NCBI GenBank assembly: GCA_016935985.1
Contig: JAFGPW010000004.1
Coordinates: forward strand, 152,752-216,751
DNA from: Candidatus Woesearchaeota archaeon
GTDB lineage: Archaea > Nanobdellota > Nanobdellia > Woesearchaeales > JAFGPW01
Direction of reading: 5' to 3'
Length of the DNA: 64,000 nucleotides
The translations under genes were made by a program, and so were the position numbers. The notes below the pieces were generated by a model. That model was not told the DNA's origin, made no database searches, and saw only the letters and a program-made list of their open reading frames with translations. Position 1 is the stretch's first letter, and the number at the start of each line of letters is the position of its first letter. Below, one piece after another: positions 48,030-57,404 of this stretch.

Positions 48030-49255
48030 TTGACGAACCTCAGCGCGTCGACCGGCTGCATGCGGGACGCCTGGAGCGCAGGGACGATGCCTGCGGAAAG
48101 GCCGATGACGAAGGAGAAGATGAGCGCTCCCAATATGAGCATCGGGCTCACGTTCGCCTGGATGAGGTCAAACCCGAAGGCCGCACGCCCGGCCGCCGCC
48201 CCGCCGTAGGCGAGGAGCATGCCGAGCAGGATGCCGATGAGGCCGCCGACCATGCCCATCAGGCCTGACTCGATGGCAAAGAGCGAGAAGATCACCGAGT
48301 TCTTCGCGCCGATCGCCTTCATGATGCCGATCTCCCGGGTGCGCTCGAGGACGGCGGTGTACATCGTGTTCGTGATGCCGATGCCGCCGACGACGAGGGA
48401 GATCGACGCGATGATGTAGACGAAGAGCTGGATAGCGAACAGCGTCGAGTTGAGCGACTCGATCGCGTTCTGGGGGGATTCGACCGTGAAGTCCTCCTCG
48501 CCCTTCTTCACGCTCCGCTCCTTCCTGAGGACCTTCTCGATGTCCTCCTTGACGCGGTCCATCCTTGAGACGTCCTGGACCTTCACGCCGAGGATGTTGA
48601 TGTCGTCGCGGCTCCCGTTCCTGAAGAGGTCGAGCATGACATCCTCTTCCATCACCACGATGTTGTCGAAGAGGAAGCTCCCCTTCTTCTCCATGATGCC
48701 GACGACCTCGAACGGTCTGCCGCTGATGAGCACGCGGTCACCGGCATTGATGGGCTTGCCGAACGCGTCGCTCGAAAGGAAATTGTTGCCGAGCAACACA
48801 AGGTAGGTGTCGCCTTCCTTGAGGAGGCGTCCCTGCACCACCTTCATGTTGATCATCGTCTCGACAAGCTTGCGGTTCTTCCCGCCGGGCATCGACATGG
48901 CGTATCCGATGCCCTGGACGTCGTTGAACTCGAGCGTGCCGCTCTCGACGTAGCGGGGGATGACCGCCTCGACGCCGTTCACCCCCTCGATCGGCTTGAT
49001 GAGGTCCTCGGTGAGCGGCTCGACGACGCCGATGCCCGGCGGGCCCGCGAAGTCGAGCCCCTGCGCGCGCACTGAGAGGACGTCGGTGCCGAGGAAGCCG
49101 AACTGGGCTGAGATCGCGGTGCGTAGTCCCTCGCCGAGGCCGATGAGCCCCACCACCGCGGCGATGCCGATGAAGATGCCGAGCATGGTCAGCCAGGAGC
49201 GCAGTCGCCGCCTCGTGATGTTCGCGAGCGACATGAGGAGGTAGTCCTTGAGCAT
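48026..49255 (-). CDS. MacB/FtsX-type ABC transporter permease (paralog)
   Basis: RSWLTMLGIFIG; ERTREIGIMKAIGA. Confidence 0.93.
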   Translation of the reverse strand: MLKDYLLMSLANITRRRLRSWLTMLGIFIGIAAVVGLIGLGEGLRTAISAQFGFLGTDVLSVRAQGLDFAGPPGIGVVEPLTEDLIKPIEGVNGVEAVIPRYVESGTLEFNDVQGIGYAMSMPGGKNRKLVETMINMKVVQGRLLKEGDTYLVLLGNNFLSSDAFGKPINAGDRVLISGRPFEVVGIMEKKGSFLFDNIVVMEEDVMLDLFRNGSRDDINILGVKVQDVSRMDRVKEDIEKVLRKERSVKKGEEDFTVESPQNAIESLNSTLFAIQLFVYIIASISLVVGGIGITNTMYTAVLERTREIGIMKAIGAKNSVIFSLFAIESGLMGMVGGLIGILLGMLLAYGGAAAGRAAFGFDLIQANVSPMLILGALIFSFVIGLSAGIVPALQASRMQPVDALRFVK

Positions 49256-49305
49256 CTCTCAGCACCGGGGCATGATGGAGGGGAAAAGAAAGGAAAGGGG
49301 GATGG

Positions 49306-50565
49306 TCACTTCTTCATCCCGTTGTGGTTGCGCCGCTTCTTGCGCCAGCGCCGCCAGAGCACGAAGCCCACGACGAGCACCACGACGACGCCGAGGTAGA
49401 TACCGACACCGCTCTTTTGGACGAGGCCGTACTGCTCCAGCTGCTCCGCCGTGTAGAGCGGGACCTTGAGCTCCACCCGCATGGAGTATTCCTTGTTGTT
49501 CGGGTCGAGGTAGGTCACCTGGAGGGGGAGCGTCACCGCGCCGGAGGCCGCCTTCTCGATGTAGAGGTCGAAGTCAGCGGTCTCGTAGTCATCGGAGTCA
49601 ATGTTGCCGAGGTAGAGCTCGGTGGGCGAGAAGACCTTGTAGAGGTCTGACCCTTCGAGCACGACGTTGACGAACTTGACGTCCGAGAGCCCGCGGTTGA
49701 CGAACTTGACCGTGACCTCTCCCTTCGAGCCGGAAGATCGGATGTCTGTGGTGTCGAGGATGACCGAGAGGTCGGGCGTGCTCCCCACCACGAGACTCGT
49801 CACCGCGGCCATGGTGTAGTCCTCGCCGTCCATGTCGCTGTAGGTGATGGCGACGGGGATCTTGTAGACGCCGGAAGCGGCGTCAGATTCCGCGATGAGC
49901 TTGAACTCGACCGCCTGCTCCTTGCCGGGGTCGAGCCGCTTGATGACCTTCTCGTTCGTCGAGTCGACCGGCGCGAACGGCACGTCAGTGCCCGAGAGCC
50001 CGAGGGAGACCTTGATGTCCTTGAGGCCGGTCCCGACCATGTTCTTCAGCCGCATGGAGACGTCGACCGTGTCGCCGGGGGAGACATGGGAGGGGTCTGC
50101 GGTGACGTCGACAATCGAGATGACGGCGTTCGATGAGCCGACCCTGACGTCGAAGTCGTCGGTGGGGTGCCAGATGTCGTCAGCCCCCTTCTTGTACCTG
50201 AGGCTGAGCTTGGAGATCCCGTCGATCGCGTCGGCATCGACCCTGAGCCGGTAGGCCATGATGGCCTCCTGGTCCTCGTCCGCGCTCGCTCGGATCGACC
50301 CGTAGTAGCGCATCGCCGAGGCGCCGGGATCGAGGGAGAATGGATAGTTGTATATGAGCTCGAAGCTCACGTCCTCCGCCTGCTGCGTGCCGACGTTCTC
50401 GATCAGGAACCTGACGTCGACGTAGCCGCCGGGCTCCGCCGGGAAGGGGTCCTGGTTGAGCAGGGTGACCGTGAGCTTCGATGCTGTCGGGGTCGCCCCG
50501 AACGCCGGCACGATGCCTATCATCATCATGACTGTCAATGCCATCGCGAATGCTGTCTTACGCAT
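49306..50565 (-). CDS. COG1361 S-layer-domain protein
   Basis: Signal peptide, QDPFPAEPG, three Ig-like repeats, C-terminal TM. Confidence 0.85.
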   Translation of the reverse strand: MRKTAFAMALTVMMMIGIVPAFGATPTASKLTVTLLNQDPFPAEPGGYVDVRFLIENVGTQQAEDVSFELIYNYPFSLDPGASAMRYYGSIRASADEDQEAIMAYRLRVDADAIDGISKLSLRYKKGADDIWHPTDDFDVRVGSSNAVISIVDVTADPSHVSPGDTVDVSMRLKNMVGTGLKDIKVSLGLSGTDVPFAPVDSTNEKVIKRLDPGKEQAVEFKLIAESDAASGVYKIPVAITYSDMDGEDYTMAAVTSLVVGSTPDLSVILDTTDIRSSGSKGEVTVKFVNRGLSDVKFVNVVLEGSDLYKVFSPTELYLGNIDSDDYETADFDLYIEKAASGAVTLPLQVTYLDPNNKEYSMRVELKVPLYTAEQLEQYGLVQKSGVGIYLGVVVVLVVGFVLWRRWRKKRRNHNGMKK

Positions 50566-51298
50566 GTGATTCACCTCGTCTGCTGGTGGGATTCGATGAG
50601 TGTGCATGGTTGTTCTTGGTGTCCTTGACGATCGCGCCGTCCTTCAGGTAGACCACCCGGTCGGCGTATTTCGCCAGGTTCTGGTCGTGCGTGACCATGA
50701 TGATCGTCTTGTGCTTCTCGCGGTTGAGCTTCTTCATGAACTCCATCACGTTGATGCCGGTCTTGGAGTCGAGGTTGCCGGTCGGCTCGTCGGCGAGGAT
50801 GACGTCGGGGTCGTTCACGAGCGAACGGGCGATCGCGACCCGCTGCTGCTGCCCGCCGGAGAGCTCGGTCGGCTTGTGGCCTATCCGGTCGCCGAGCCCG
50901 ACGAGCTCGAGCACTTCCCGCGCCTTCACGATGCGCTCCTCGTGCGGGACGTCCTGGAATGTCATGGGAAGCATCACGTTCTCGAGCGCCGTGAGCGTCG
51001 CTATCAGGTTGAAGTTCTGGAAGATGAAGCCGATTGTCTGGCCGCGGATCTGGGCGAGGTCGGACTCGTCCATCTCGGAGATGTCATCGCCGTTGAGGAA
51101 GATATGCCCTTCGGTCGGGATGTCGAGGCAGCCCACCATGTTCATCATGGTCGACTTGCCGCTGCCCGACGGGCCTTCGATCACGAGGAACTCGCCGGGA
51201 TAGATATCAAGGTTAGCATTGCAGACTGCCATCACATTGACCTCTCCCATCTGGTAGGTTTTGCATACGTCCTTGAGCCTGATGATCGGGTGCGCCAT
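50558..51298 (-). CDS. LolD/MJ0796-type ABC ATP-binding protein
   Basis: GPSGSGKST, LSGGQQQRVAIAR, ADEPTGNLD. Confidence 0.95.
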   Translation of the reverse strand: MAHPIIRLKDVCKTYQMGEVNVMAVCNANLDIYPGEFLVIEGPSGSGKSTMMNMVGCLDIPTEGHIFLNGDDISEMDESDLAQIRGQTIGFIFQNFNLIATLTALENVMLPMTFQDVPHEERIVKAREVLELVGLGDRIGHKPTELSGGQQQRVAIARSLVNDPDVILADEPTGNLDSKTGINVMEFMKKLNREKHKTIIMVTHDQNLAKYADRVVYLKDGAIVKDTKNNHAHSSNPTSRRGESHA

Positions 51299-51303
51299 GA
51301 TTC

Positions 51304-51786
51304 TCACATCCTCTCGATTTTCGCTTGCATCTCCTTCATGATGGCATCGAACCTCATCAGCTGCGTGTAGTAGTCGGTGATGATCTGGAGCTTCTTGCGC
51401 TCGATATCGGTGAGCTTCGCCTTTCTCGCGCTCTCGATGATGGGGGGGATGGTCCGCTTCGCCGGCTCGATGAAATGGGCAGTGAAGGCGTCCATCTTGC
51501 TGCGCAGGAGGGTAGGCAAATCGCTCTCTATATGATAGTAGACCTTCTTCGATCCCGGCCTCTTGGTCCGCTGGACCTGGCCGATGCTCTCGAAGAGCTT
51601 GAGCTTGCTCGAGACCGAGGCGAGAGAGTAGCCGGTCCGCTCCGCGAGCTCGTGTATCGATATCTCCCCCGGTTCCAGGAACAGTACGCCGACGAGCTTC
51701 GCGCCGAGCATATCCATGCCGAAACTCCTGAAAACCTGGATGATGAAATCCTGGAACTCCTTCTCGAATGCCGCCATTTTCACCAT
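51304..51786 (-). CDS. GbsR/MarR-family transcriptional regulator
   Basis: ELAERTGYSLASVS; PGSKKVYY wing. Confidence 0.88.
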   Translation of the reverse strand: MVKMAAFEKEFQDFIIQVFRSFGMDMLGAKLVGVLFLEPGEISIHELAERTGYSLASVSSKLKLFESIGQVQRTKRPGSKKVYYHIESDLPTLLRSKMDAFTAHFIEPAKRTIPPIIESARKAKLTDIERKKLQIITDYYTQLMRFDAIMKEMQAKIERM

Positions 51787-51794
51787 TTATCGAA

Positions 51795-51874
51795 TTTTCA
51801 GTATAATCTGGATATGATGATTATTGAGGTATATAAAGGTTATGAAAGGACATACAGTTTTCAGTATTGAAAAC
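51795..51874. promoter_or_regulatory. Putative operator for the GbsR-like regulator
   Basis: GTTTTCA-GTAT-TGAAAAC (51857-51874) and repeat TTTTCAGTAT (51795-51804) flanking a minus-strand TTTATATA. Confidence 0.65.
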
Positions 51875-51930
51875 AATCCATGCCGCAGCCACCGTAAAGA
51901 ATAAATAGTGCAGAGCCGTTCGCGGGCAGA

Positions 51931-52536
51931 ATGCGGCGCAAAAGGAAGGACACGCTCCTGTCCGGCAAGAACCTCATGGCAGGATTCATCGTCAGCATCA
52001 TGGTGCTCTCGGTGCTCGGCTTCATGTGGGGCAGGGAGGCTGACACCCAAGGGAGCCTCACTTATGATGGCATCGTGTTCGACAGGGTCCAGGAAGGCTG
52101 GCAGACGGAGGTCGGCGGCAGCAGCCACCTTTTCCAGTATTTCCCCGGCGAGGTGGATGCAATCGACTTCTCGTCCGCTGACGCCGTGATGGTCCGTGAC
52201 GCGAGGATGATGGTCTTCCTCTTCGACCCTGATGACCCCGACCTCGTGACTCTCGACACCCTGCGGCTCGACCTTTCGGACGCCTTCGCGACCGGCTTTG
52301 ACAGCTATCTCTCGAGCGCGACGACCGCGGCATCCGACCTATACGCGCTTCCGGTCCTCGGCTGCGCGAACGCCTCGCAGTATATCCCCTTCATCTATTT
52401 CACGCGCGGCAACGAGACGGGGATCGCGCCATCGGCCGAGAGCCCGTACTGCCTGGTGCTCTCTGGCAGCTCAGGGATGCACTATGTCCAGCTCAAGGAC
52501 CGGCTCCTCTACGGCATGCTCGGGGTGATCGGATGA
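51931..52536 (+). CDS. Hypothetical membrane-anchored protein
   Basis: N-terminal TM; C-terminal C...C and DRLLY. Confidence 0.75.
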   Translation: MRRKRKDTLLSGKNLMAGFIVSIMVLSVLGFMWGREADTQGSLTYDGIVFDRVQEGWQTEVGGSSHLFQYFPGEVDAIDFSSADAVMVRDARMMVFLFDPDDPDLVTLDTLRLDLSDAFATGFDSYLSSATTAASDLYALPVLGCANASQYIPFIYFTRGNETGIAPSAESPYCLVLSGSSGMHYVQLKDRLLYGMLGVIG

Positions 52537-53258
52537 AAGCCGGGAAGAAGGGCGAGGTGAAGGAAGGGCGTCCTGAAGAGAAGGATGAGAAGGCCACCGG
52601 GAAAGGCGATACCAATCTCTACCTGCTCGGAGGGACGATCGTCGTCGTGATCCTCGCCATCGCGGGCGTCGCCTGGTACGCGATGACCCATCAGGAGCCC
52701 CAGACCATCAACGACCGTTTCCAGGAGCTTGAGGAGGAGGGCCCGGCAGCGGTCGACGATGACAACCTCATCTACAACAACTTCGTGTTCATCAGGTACG
52801 ACGGCCTCTGGTACACGAAGGTGCGGACCCAGAGCGCGGAGTATGAGATCCCGCTCCACTTCAGCCCGCCCGAGGTGATGGATGTCCCGGTGACCGGCGA
52901 CATCATGCGATTCTTCCGCGACAGCCACCAGCTGTGGGGCGGGCGCGCCTTCATCACCTTCGATCCTGCCGCGACCGACCTCTCCTATGTCGCGCTCGCG
53001 AACGGCGAGCTCTCGATGAGCCTTATCAAGGCGATCGAGATACGGCTGTTTGCCGCGTGCACCGAGAACATCACCGGCATCTGCCAGACGGTCCCGACCG
53101 TCACCTGCGGGACCAATCGGACGGTCATCTACCTCAAGCAGGACCCGGAGACAGCGGTCATCGTCGACGGCAGCTGCCTGATTCTGCAGGGCGCAGGACC
53201 GGGGCTCGTCAAGGCGGTCGACCGGGTCCTCTACACGATCTACGGCATCATGCCCTAG
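52533..53258 (+). CDS. Hypothetical membrane-anchored protein, paralog of previous gene
   Basis: TM; FDP, CL.L.G and DRVLY..YG shared with 51931. Confidence 0.75.
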   Translation: MKAGKKGEVKEGRPEEKDEKATGKGDTNLYLLGGTIVVVILAIAGVAWYAMTHQEPQTINDRFQELEEEGPAAVDDDNLIYNNFVFIRYDGLWYTKVRTQSAEYEIPLHFSPPEVMDVPVTGDIMRFFRDSHQLWGGRAFITFDPAATDLSYVALANGELSMSLIKAIEIRLFAACTENITGICQTVPTVTCGTNRTVIYLKQDPETAVIVDGSCLILQGAGPGLVKAVDRVLYTIYGIMP

Positions 53259-53262
53259 GACG

Positions 53263-53856
53263 ATGGCGCATTACTTCTCCCCCAAGCAGGACTCGGAACT
53301 GCGGACGAGGGAGTTCAGGGTGCGGCTACGGGGGGAGGGGATAACGCTCTTAGCGGGGTCGGGAGTCTTCTCGATGCACAGGGTCGATCCCGGCTCGAGG
53401 CTCCTCATCGAGAGCGCGGAGATACGGCCCGGCACGCGCGTCCTCGACCTCGGTTGCGGTTATGGGCCGATGGGGATCGCGATCGCGAGGGCGTTCCCGG
53501 ATTGCGAGGTCGTGATGACCGACGTGAACGAGCGGGCGGTAGCGCTCGCGAGGAAGAACGCGAAGCTGAACCGGATCGAAGCGACGATTCTCTCAGGCGA
53601 CGGTTTCGCGAAGGTCGAGGGACCGTTCGACGCCATCCTCCTCAACCCGCCGCAGTCGGCCGGAAAGGAGGTCTGCTTCTCGCTCATCGGTCAGGCGAAG
53701 GGGTTCTTGAGGAAGGGAGGCACGCTGCAGGTCGTCGCGCGCCACAACAAGGGCGGCAAGACGCTCTCTGCGAAGATGGGGGAGGTCTTCGGCGACGTGC
53801 GCGACGTCGCGAAGTCCGGCGGCTACAGGGTCTATATATCCGAGAAGTCACGGTAG
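53263..53856 (+). CDS. Class I SAM methyltransferase (RsmC/MJ0882-like)
   Basis: GVFS, DLGCGYG, NPP. Confidence 0.9.
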   Translation: MAHYFSPKQDSELRTREFRVRLRGEGITLLAGSGVFSMHRVDPGSRLLIESAEIRPGTRVLDLGCGYGPMGIAIARAFPDCEVVMTDVNERAVALARKNAKLNRIEATILSGDGFAKVEGPFDAILLNPPQSAGKEVCFSLIGQAKGFLRKGGTLQVVARHNKGGKTLSAKMGEVFGDVRDVAKSGGYRVYISEKSR

Positions 53857-54489
53857 GGCGTCATACCCCGGCTTCCAAGGGATGCCGCCCTTCTTGAACT
53901 CTGCCTTCAGCTTGCGCTTGAGGACCTTGAGCATCCCTCCCAGTTCAGGGAAGGCCTTGACCGCGTCGTCGGCGTAGTTGGCTATGAATTCCGGCTTGTC
54001 GTAGATGGTATGGCCGGTCTCATAGAGCTGGGTGGTCGTCTCGATCTTGTCAAGAGCGTTCACGAAGCGGGCCTCAGGCGATTCCTGACGCGCGTATTCG
54101 TCCCACAGGGAAGAGAGCTCTGCCGCCGATCTCGGCGGGAGCAGCCCGCGAAGGGTGGCAATCGCCTCGGCTTCGAGCGCACGCTTCCGCTCGCGGGAGA
54201 ATGACCCCTCATAGAACTTGATAGCGTCGATGTCGCCGGTGATGGCTTCCGGAAGGTCATGGATGAGGGCGAGCTTCATCGTGCGCAGCACATCGACCTG
54301 CAGGCTGAGCTCCTCTGCGACGACAAAGGAGGTGAGCGCAAGGCGCCATGAGTGCTCGGCGCTCGACTCCTTCCGTCCTGAGGTGGTGGAGGAATACCTG
54401 AGCGTGGACTTGAGGCTCTCGATAGTATGGAGGAATGAGAATATCCGCCCGAGGGTCTGCTCGGTGACGGCAGGGTCGGTGCCTGGCAT
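53848..54489 (-). CDS. HD-domain hydrolase (YfbR/HDDC2-like)
   Basis: ESSAEHS, IHDLPE, GDI, DKIE. Confidence 0.9.
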   Translation of the reverse strand: MPGTDPAVTEQTLGRIFSFLHTIESLKSTLRYSSTTSGRKESSAEHSWRLALTSFVVAEELSLQVDVLRTMKLALIHDLPEAITGDIDAIKFYEGSFSRERKRALEAEAIATLRGLLPPRSAAELSSLWDEYARQESPEARFVNALDKIETTTQLYETGHTIYDKPEFIANYADDAVKAFPELGGMLKVLKRKLKAEFKKGGIPWKPGYDALP

Positions 54490-54496
54490 GCTGCCG

Positions 54497-54853
54497 TCAC
54501 ACCTCCCGCGGGCCCTCGTCGGTCATCCCGACGAGGCGGAACCCGACACCGAGCCGCATCACCGCCGAGAGCACCGCCATATGCTCCTTCCCGGTGCCGC
54601 TCGCGAGGTTGATGCCGACCTCAGTTCCGAGGACCCGGCCTTTGAGCGCCTTGCGGATGTCATCGACGAGCGCGGGCAACGGCTTTGAGGGGTCGATGAT
54701 CACGAGCGTCACGCTCTTGCCGCTCGAGAACTTCTCTTTTCCGAACTCGTTCGTGATCAGGAATATCTGGTCCCACCCGATGCCGTCGATCACCCGGGCG
54801 ACGTCGCCCCAGGTGCCCTTGCCGGTCGAGAGGCAGGCGATGAGGTCGGTCAT
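54497..54853 (-). CDS. Hypothetical small alpha/beta protein, possibly CARF-like
   Basis: LIACLSTGKGTW; INLASGTGKE resembles the CARF N-x-S-G-G-x-K loop. Confidence 0.65.
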   Translation of the reverse strand: MTDLIACLSTGKGTWGDVARVIDGIGWDQIFLITNEFGKEKFSSGKSVTLVIIDPSKPLPALVDDIRKALKGRVLGTEVGINLASGTGKEHMAVLSAVMRLGVGFRLVGMTDEGPREV

Positions 54854-54925
54854 GGGGCCGGATAGTGAAGGGGATTATATAAAAGTTTAGAATAGGGAAA
54901 AAGGAGAAAAAAAGGAAGAAGGGGT

Positions 54926-56050
54926 TCAGCGGACCCCGAGCCTGCGGCACTCCGTCTTGACGTCGTCCTCGTAGTCCTCGGCGTCCTCGAGGTCATCCTC
55001 GAGATCCTCGAGGTCATCCTCGAGATCCTCGAGATCCTCTTCCTCATTGTCGAGGTCATCCTCGGCGCTCTCGAGCTCATCCTCGGCGTCCTCGAGGTCA
55101 TCCTCGAGGTCGCGGATCTCGTCGGCGTCAGTCGCGTTCGCGAGCAGCGCCTCGATCCCCGAGACCTCGTATTCCCAGTAGTTCACGTCGTCCTGGGCAG
55201 CATCGATGTCTTCCTCCTGGTCCTCAATGTCGTCCTCGGTGGTGTCGATGTCGTCCTCGAGGTCCTCGACAAGCTGACCGGCGTCGCGGATTGCCTGCGG
55301 GCAGGCCGCTGCGGTGAGCTCGGAGACGGTGAGGTAGGCCGCCGTCCCGCTGGCGCCGGGCGAGGTGTAGCCGCGCTCGAGCACCTTGCAGACCGCCTCG
55401 ATGTCGTCGATCAGGTCCTCCTGGTCCCCGATGTCGTCCTGGATGTCATCGAGGTTGTCCTCCTCGTCCTCCAGATCGTCCTCCAGATCGTCGAGCTCGT
55501 CCTCCCACTCCTCGAGGTCGTCGCGGAGCCGCTCCCGCTCGTCGGGGTCGGTCTCGTTCGCGAGCAGCGACTGCAGGCGGCCAATCTCATCCTCGGCGTC
55601 CTGGATGTCGCGCTCGATGTCCTTGATGTCGTCCTTGGAAGTGTCCTCGTCGTCCTCGAGGTCCTCGAGGTCGTTCTCGGCGTTCCTCAGCTCCTGGTCG
55701 CAGTTGACGGCGGTGAGCGTGAGCTCCTCGCCGCGGTAGGTGATGATGGTCTGGGAAGGGATGTCCGATTCCTCCTCAGGCTCTTCTTCTTCCTCAGGCT
55801 CCTGGAAGGGGACTGGCTCCTGCTCTTCAGGCTCCTCCTCAGGCTGCGCAGCGAAGACCTCATACTTCACCACGGTCGGCTGCTGCGTGTACTGGAGCTG
55901 CGAACCGGTCGGCATGGTCGTTACGTACGAGCCGGTGACCGAGGCTGTCCCGCCCTCGAACTCGAGCAGCTGCTGGACCGTGAAGTAGCCGAGGCCCAGC
56001 ACGATGATTATCAAAATGACCAACAGAATCGTCAAGAGTGCTTTCTTCAT
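54926..56050 (-). CDS. Membrane-anchored, extremely acidic coiled-coil protein
   Basis: N-terminal TM; EDDLEDL heptads; two Cys-bracketed repeats. Confidence 0.8.
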   Translation of the reverse strand: MKKALLTILLVILIIIVLGLGYFTVQQLLEFEGGTASVTGSYVTTMPTGSQLQYTQQPTVVKYEVFAAQPEEEPEEQEPVPFQEPEEEEEPEEESDIPSQTIITYRGEELTLTAVNCDQELRNAENDLEDLEDDEDTSKDDIKDIERDIQDAEDEIGRLQSLLANETDPDERERLRDDLEEWEDELDDLEDDLEDEEDNLDDIQDDIGDQEDLIDDIEAVCKVLERGYTSPGASGTAAYLTVSELTAAACPQAIRDAGQLVEDLEDDIDTTEDDIEDQEEDIDAAQDDVNYWEYEVSGIEALLANATDADEIRDLEDDLEDAEDELESAEDDLDNEEEDLEDLEDDLEDLEDDLEDAEDYEDDVKTECRRLGVR

Positions 56051-56140
56051 TGTTCATCCACCCCTAAGTGTTGATGCCAGGCCGGATACACGCTCCTGTC
56101 ATATATAAATTTTACTATTTTAAAGAAGTAAAAAATCTGG

Positions 56141-56581
56141 CTAGTCGGAAGACGCGTCCTTGATCTCCTTGAGCGTGAGCCTGAAGTGCAGGGTCTTGCC
56201 AGCGAGCGGGTGGTTGAGGTCGATCGTCACCTTGGCATCGTCCGCCTTCATGATGCGCGCGGGGATGATCTGGCCGTTCGGCGCCTTGAGCGCGAGGACG
56301 ACGCCTTCCTTCACCTCGATCTGAGCGGGGACCGCATCGCGTGGGACCTCTTGGGTAAGCCTCTCGTCACGCTCGCCGTAGGCCTTCTCAGGCGGGAGCG
56401 TGATCTCCGTCGACCCTCCAGGCTCAAGAGACAAGACCGCCTCCTCGAACCCGGGGATGACCGCGTTCGCGCCGAGCGGGAACTCGATCGGATCCTTGCC
56501 GTCGGTGGTGTCGAACATCGTACCGTCGTCGAGCGTCCCGACATACTCGACAACAGCCACCTTCTTCGTCTCTTCAGCCAT
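56141..56581 (-). CDS. slyD: FKBP-type peptidyl-prolyl isomerase (SlyD-like)
   Basis: DGTMFDT, IPGFEE, PEKAYG, DLNHPLAGKTL. Confidence 0.93.
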   Translation of the reverse strand: MAEETKKVAVVEYVGTLDDGTMFDTTDGKDPIEFPLGANAVIPGFEEAVLSLEPGGSTEITLPPEKAYGERDERLTQEVPRDAVPAQIEVKEGVVLALKAPNGQIIPARIMKADDAKVTIDLNHPLAGKTLHFRLTLKEIKDASSD

Positions 56582-56741
56582 CGTGATAGACCTCCCCGGC
56601 ACAGGTGAGCCAGCGCCGTATCCCTCATTGGGCGAGAATATGGTGCAGAGCCGTATACGTGCCGCGAATGGGCCATCATATTTAAAGCTACCCCATCGGT
56701 GCACCGCAAACGATAAATACACGGCCGGGTTCCTGCAGGTC

Positions 56742-57314
56742 ATGTTCTCCCTCGCCGAGACCATCGACCTCGTCATCATGACCGTGTTCGTTGGATTCAT
56801 CTTCTCAGGGGTCTTCACGCGTCCTGACCGCCGCGAGCTCGATGTCATGGCGATGTACCGGAAGCGGCGTTTCGACTGGGACGGCTTCACGACCGCGGTC
56901 ATCATCACCGCCCCCGCCATAATCCTCCATGAGATGGGGCACAAGTTCGTCGCGATCGGCTTTGGCCTGAACGCGGTTTTCCACGCCTCCTACACCTGGC
57001 TTGGCCTCGGCGTGCTGCTCAGGCTCCTCAATTTCGGCTTCATCTTCTTCGTCCCCGGCTACGTCTCGATACCTCTTCTCGGAAGCCCGCTCCAGCACGC
57101 GGCAATCGCGTTCGCAGGCCCAGGCATCAACCTGCTCATCTGGCTCATCGCGTTCGCCGTGCTCAAGTCAGGGGTCTCGCTCTCGCGAAACGGAAGGTAT
57201 ATCCTCACGGTCACCAAGCAAATCAACCTCTTCCTCTTCTTCTTCAACATGATCCCGATCCCGCCGTTCGACGGGTTCTCGGTCTTCTCGTCGCTGTGGC
57301 GCGCGGTCGCCTGA
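56742..57314 (+). CDS. Site-2 protease (M50) family membrane peptidase
   Basis: HEMGH, AGP..N, NMIPIPPFDG. Confidence 0.9.
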   Translation: MFSLAETIDLVIMTVFVGFIFSGVFTRPDRRELDVMAMYRKRRFDWDGFTTAVIITAPAIILHEMGHKFVAIGFGLNAVFHASYTWLGLGVLLRLLNFGFIFFVPGYVSIPLLGSPLQHAAIAFAGPGINLLIWLIAFAVLKSGVSLSRNGRYILTVTKQINLFLFFFNMIPIPPFDGFSVFSSLWRAVA

Positions 57315-57404
57315 GCGACGGGCCTCGACGCGCCATCCACCCTATGCCAACATATAGGTTCCGGGCGAGAAATGCATAAATATATCCCAGCATGCCGTCA
57401 GGAA

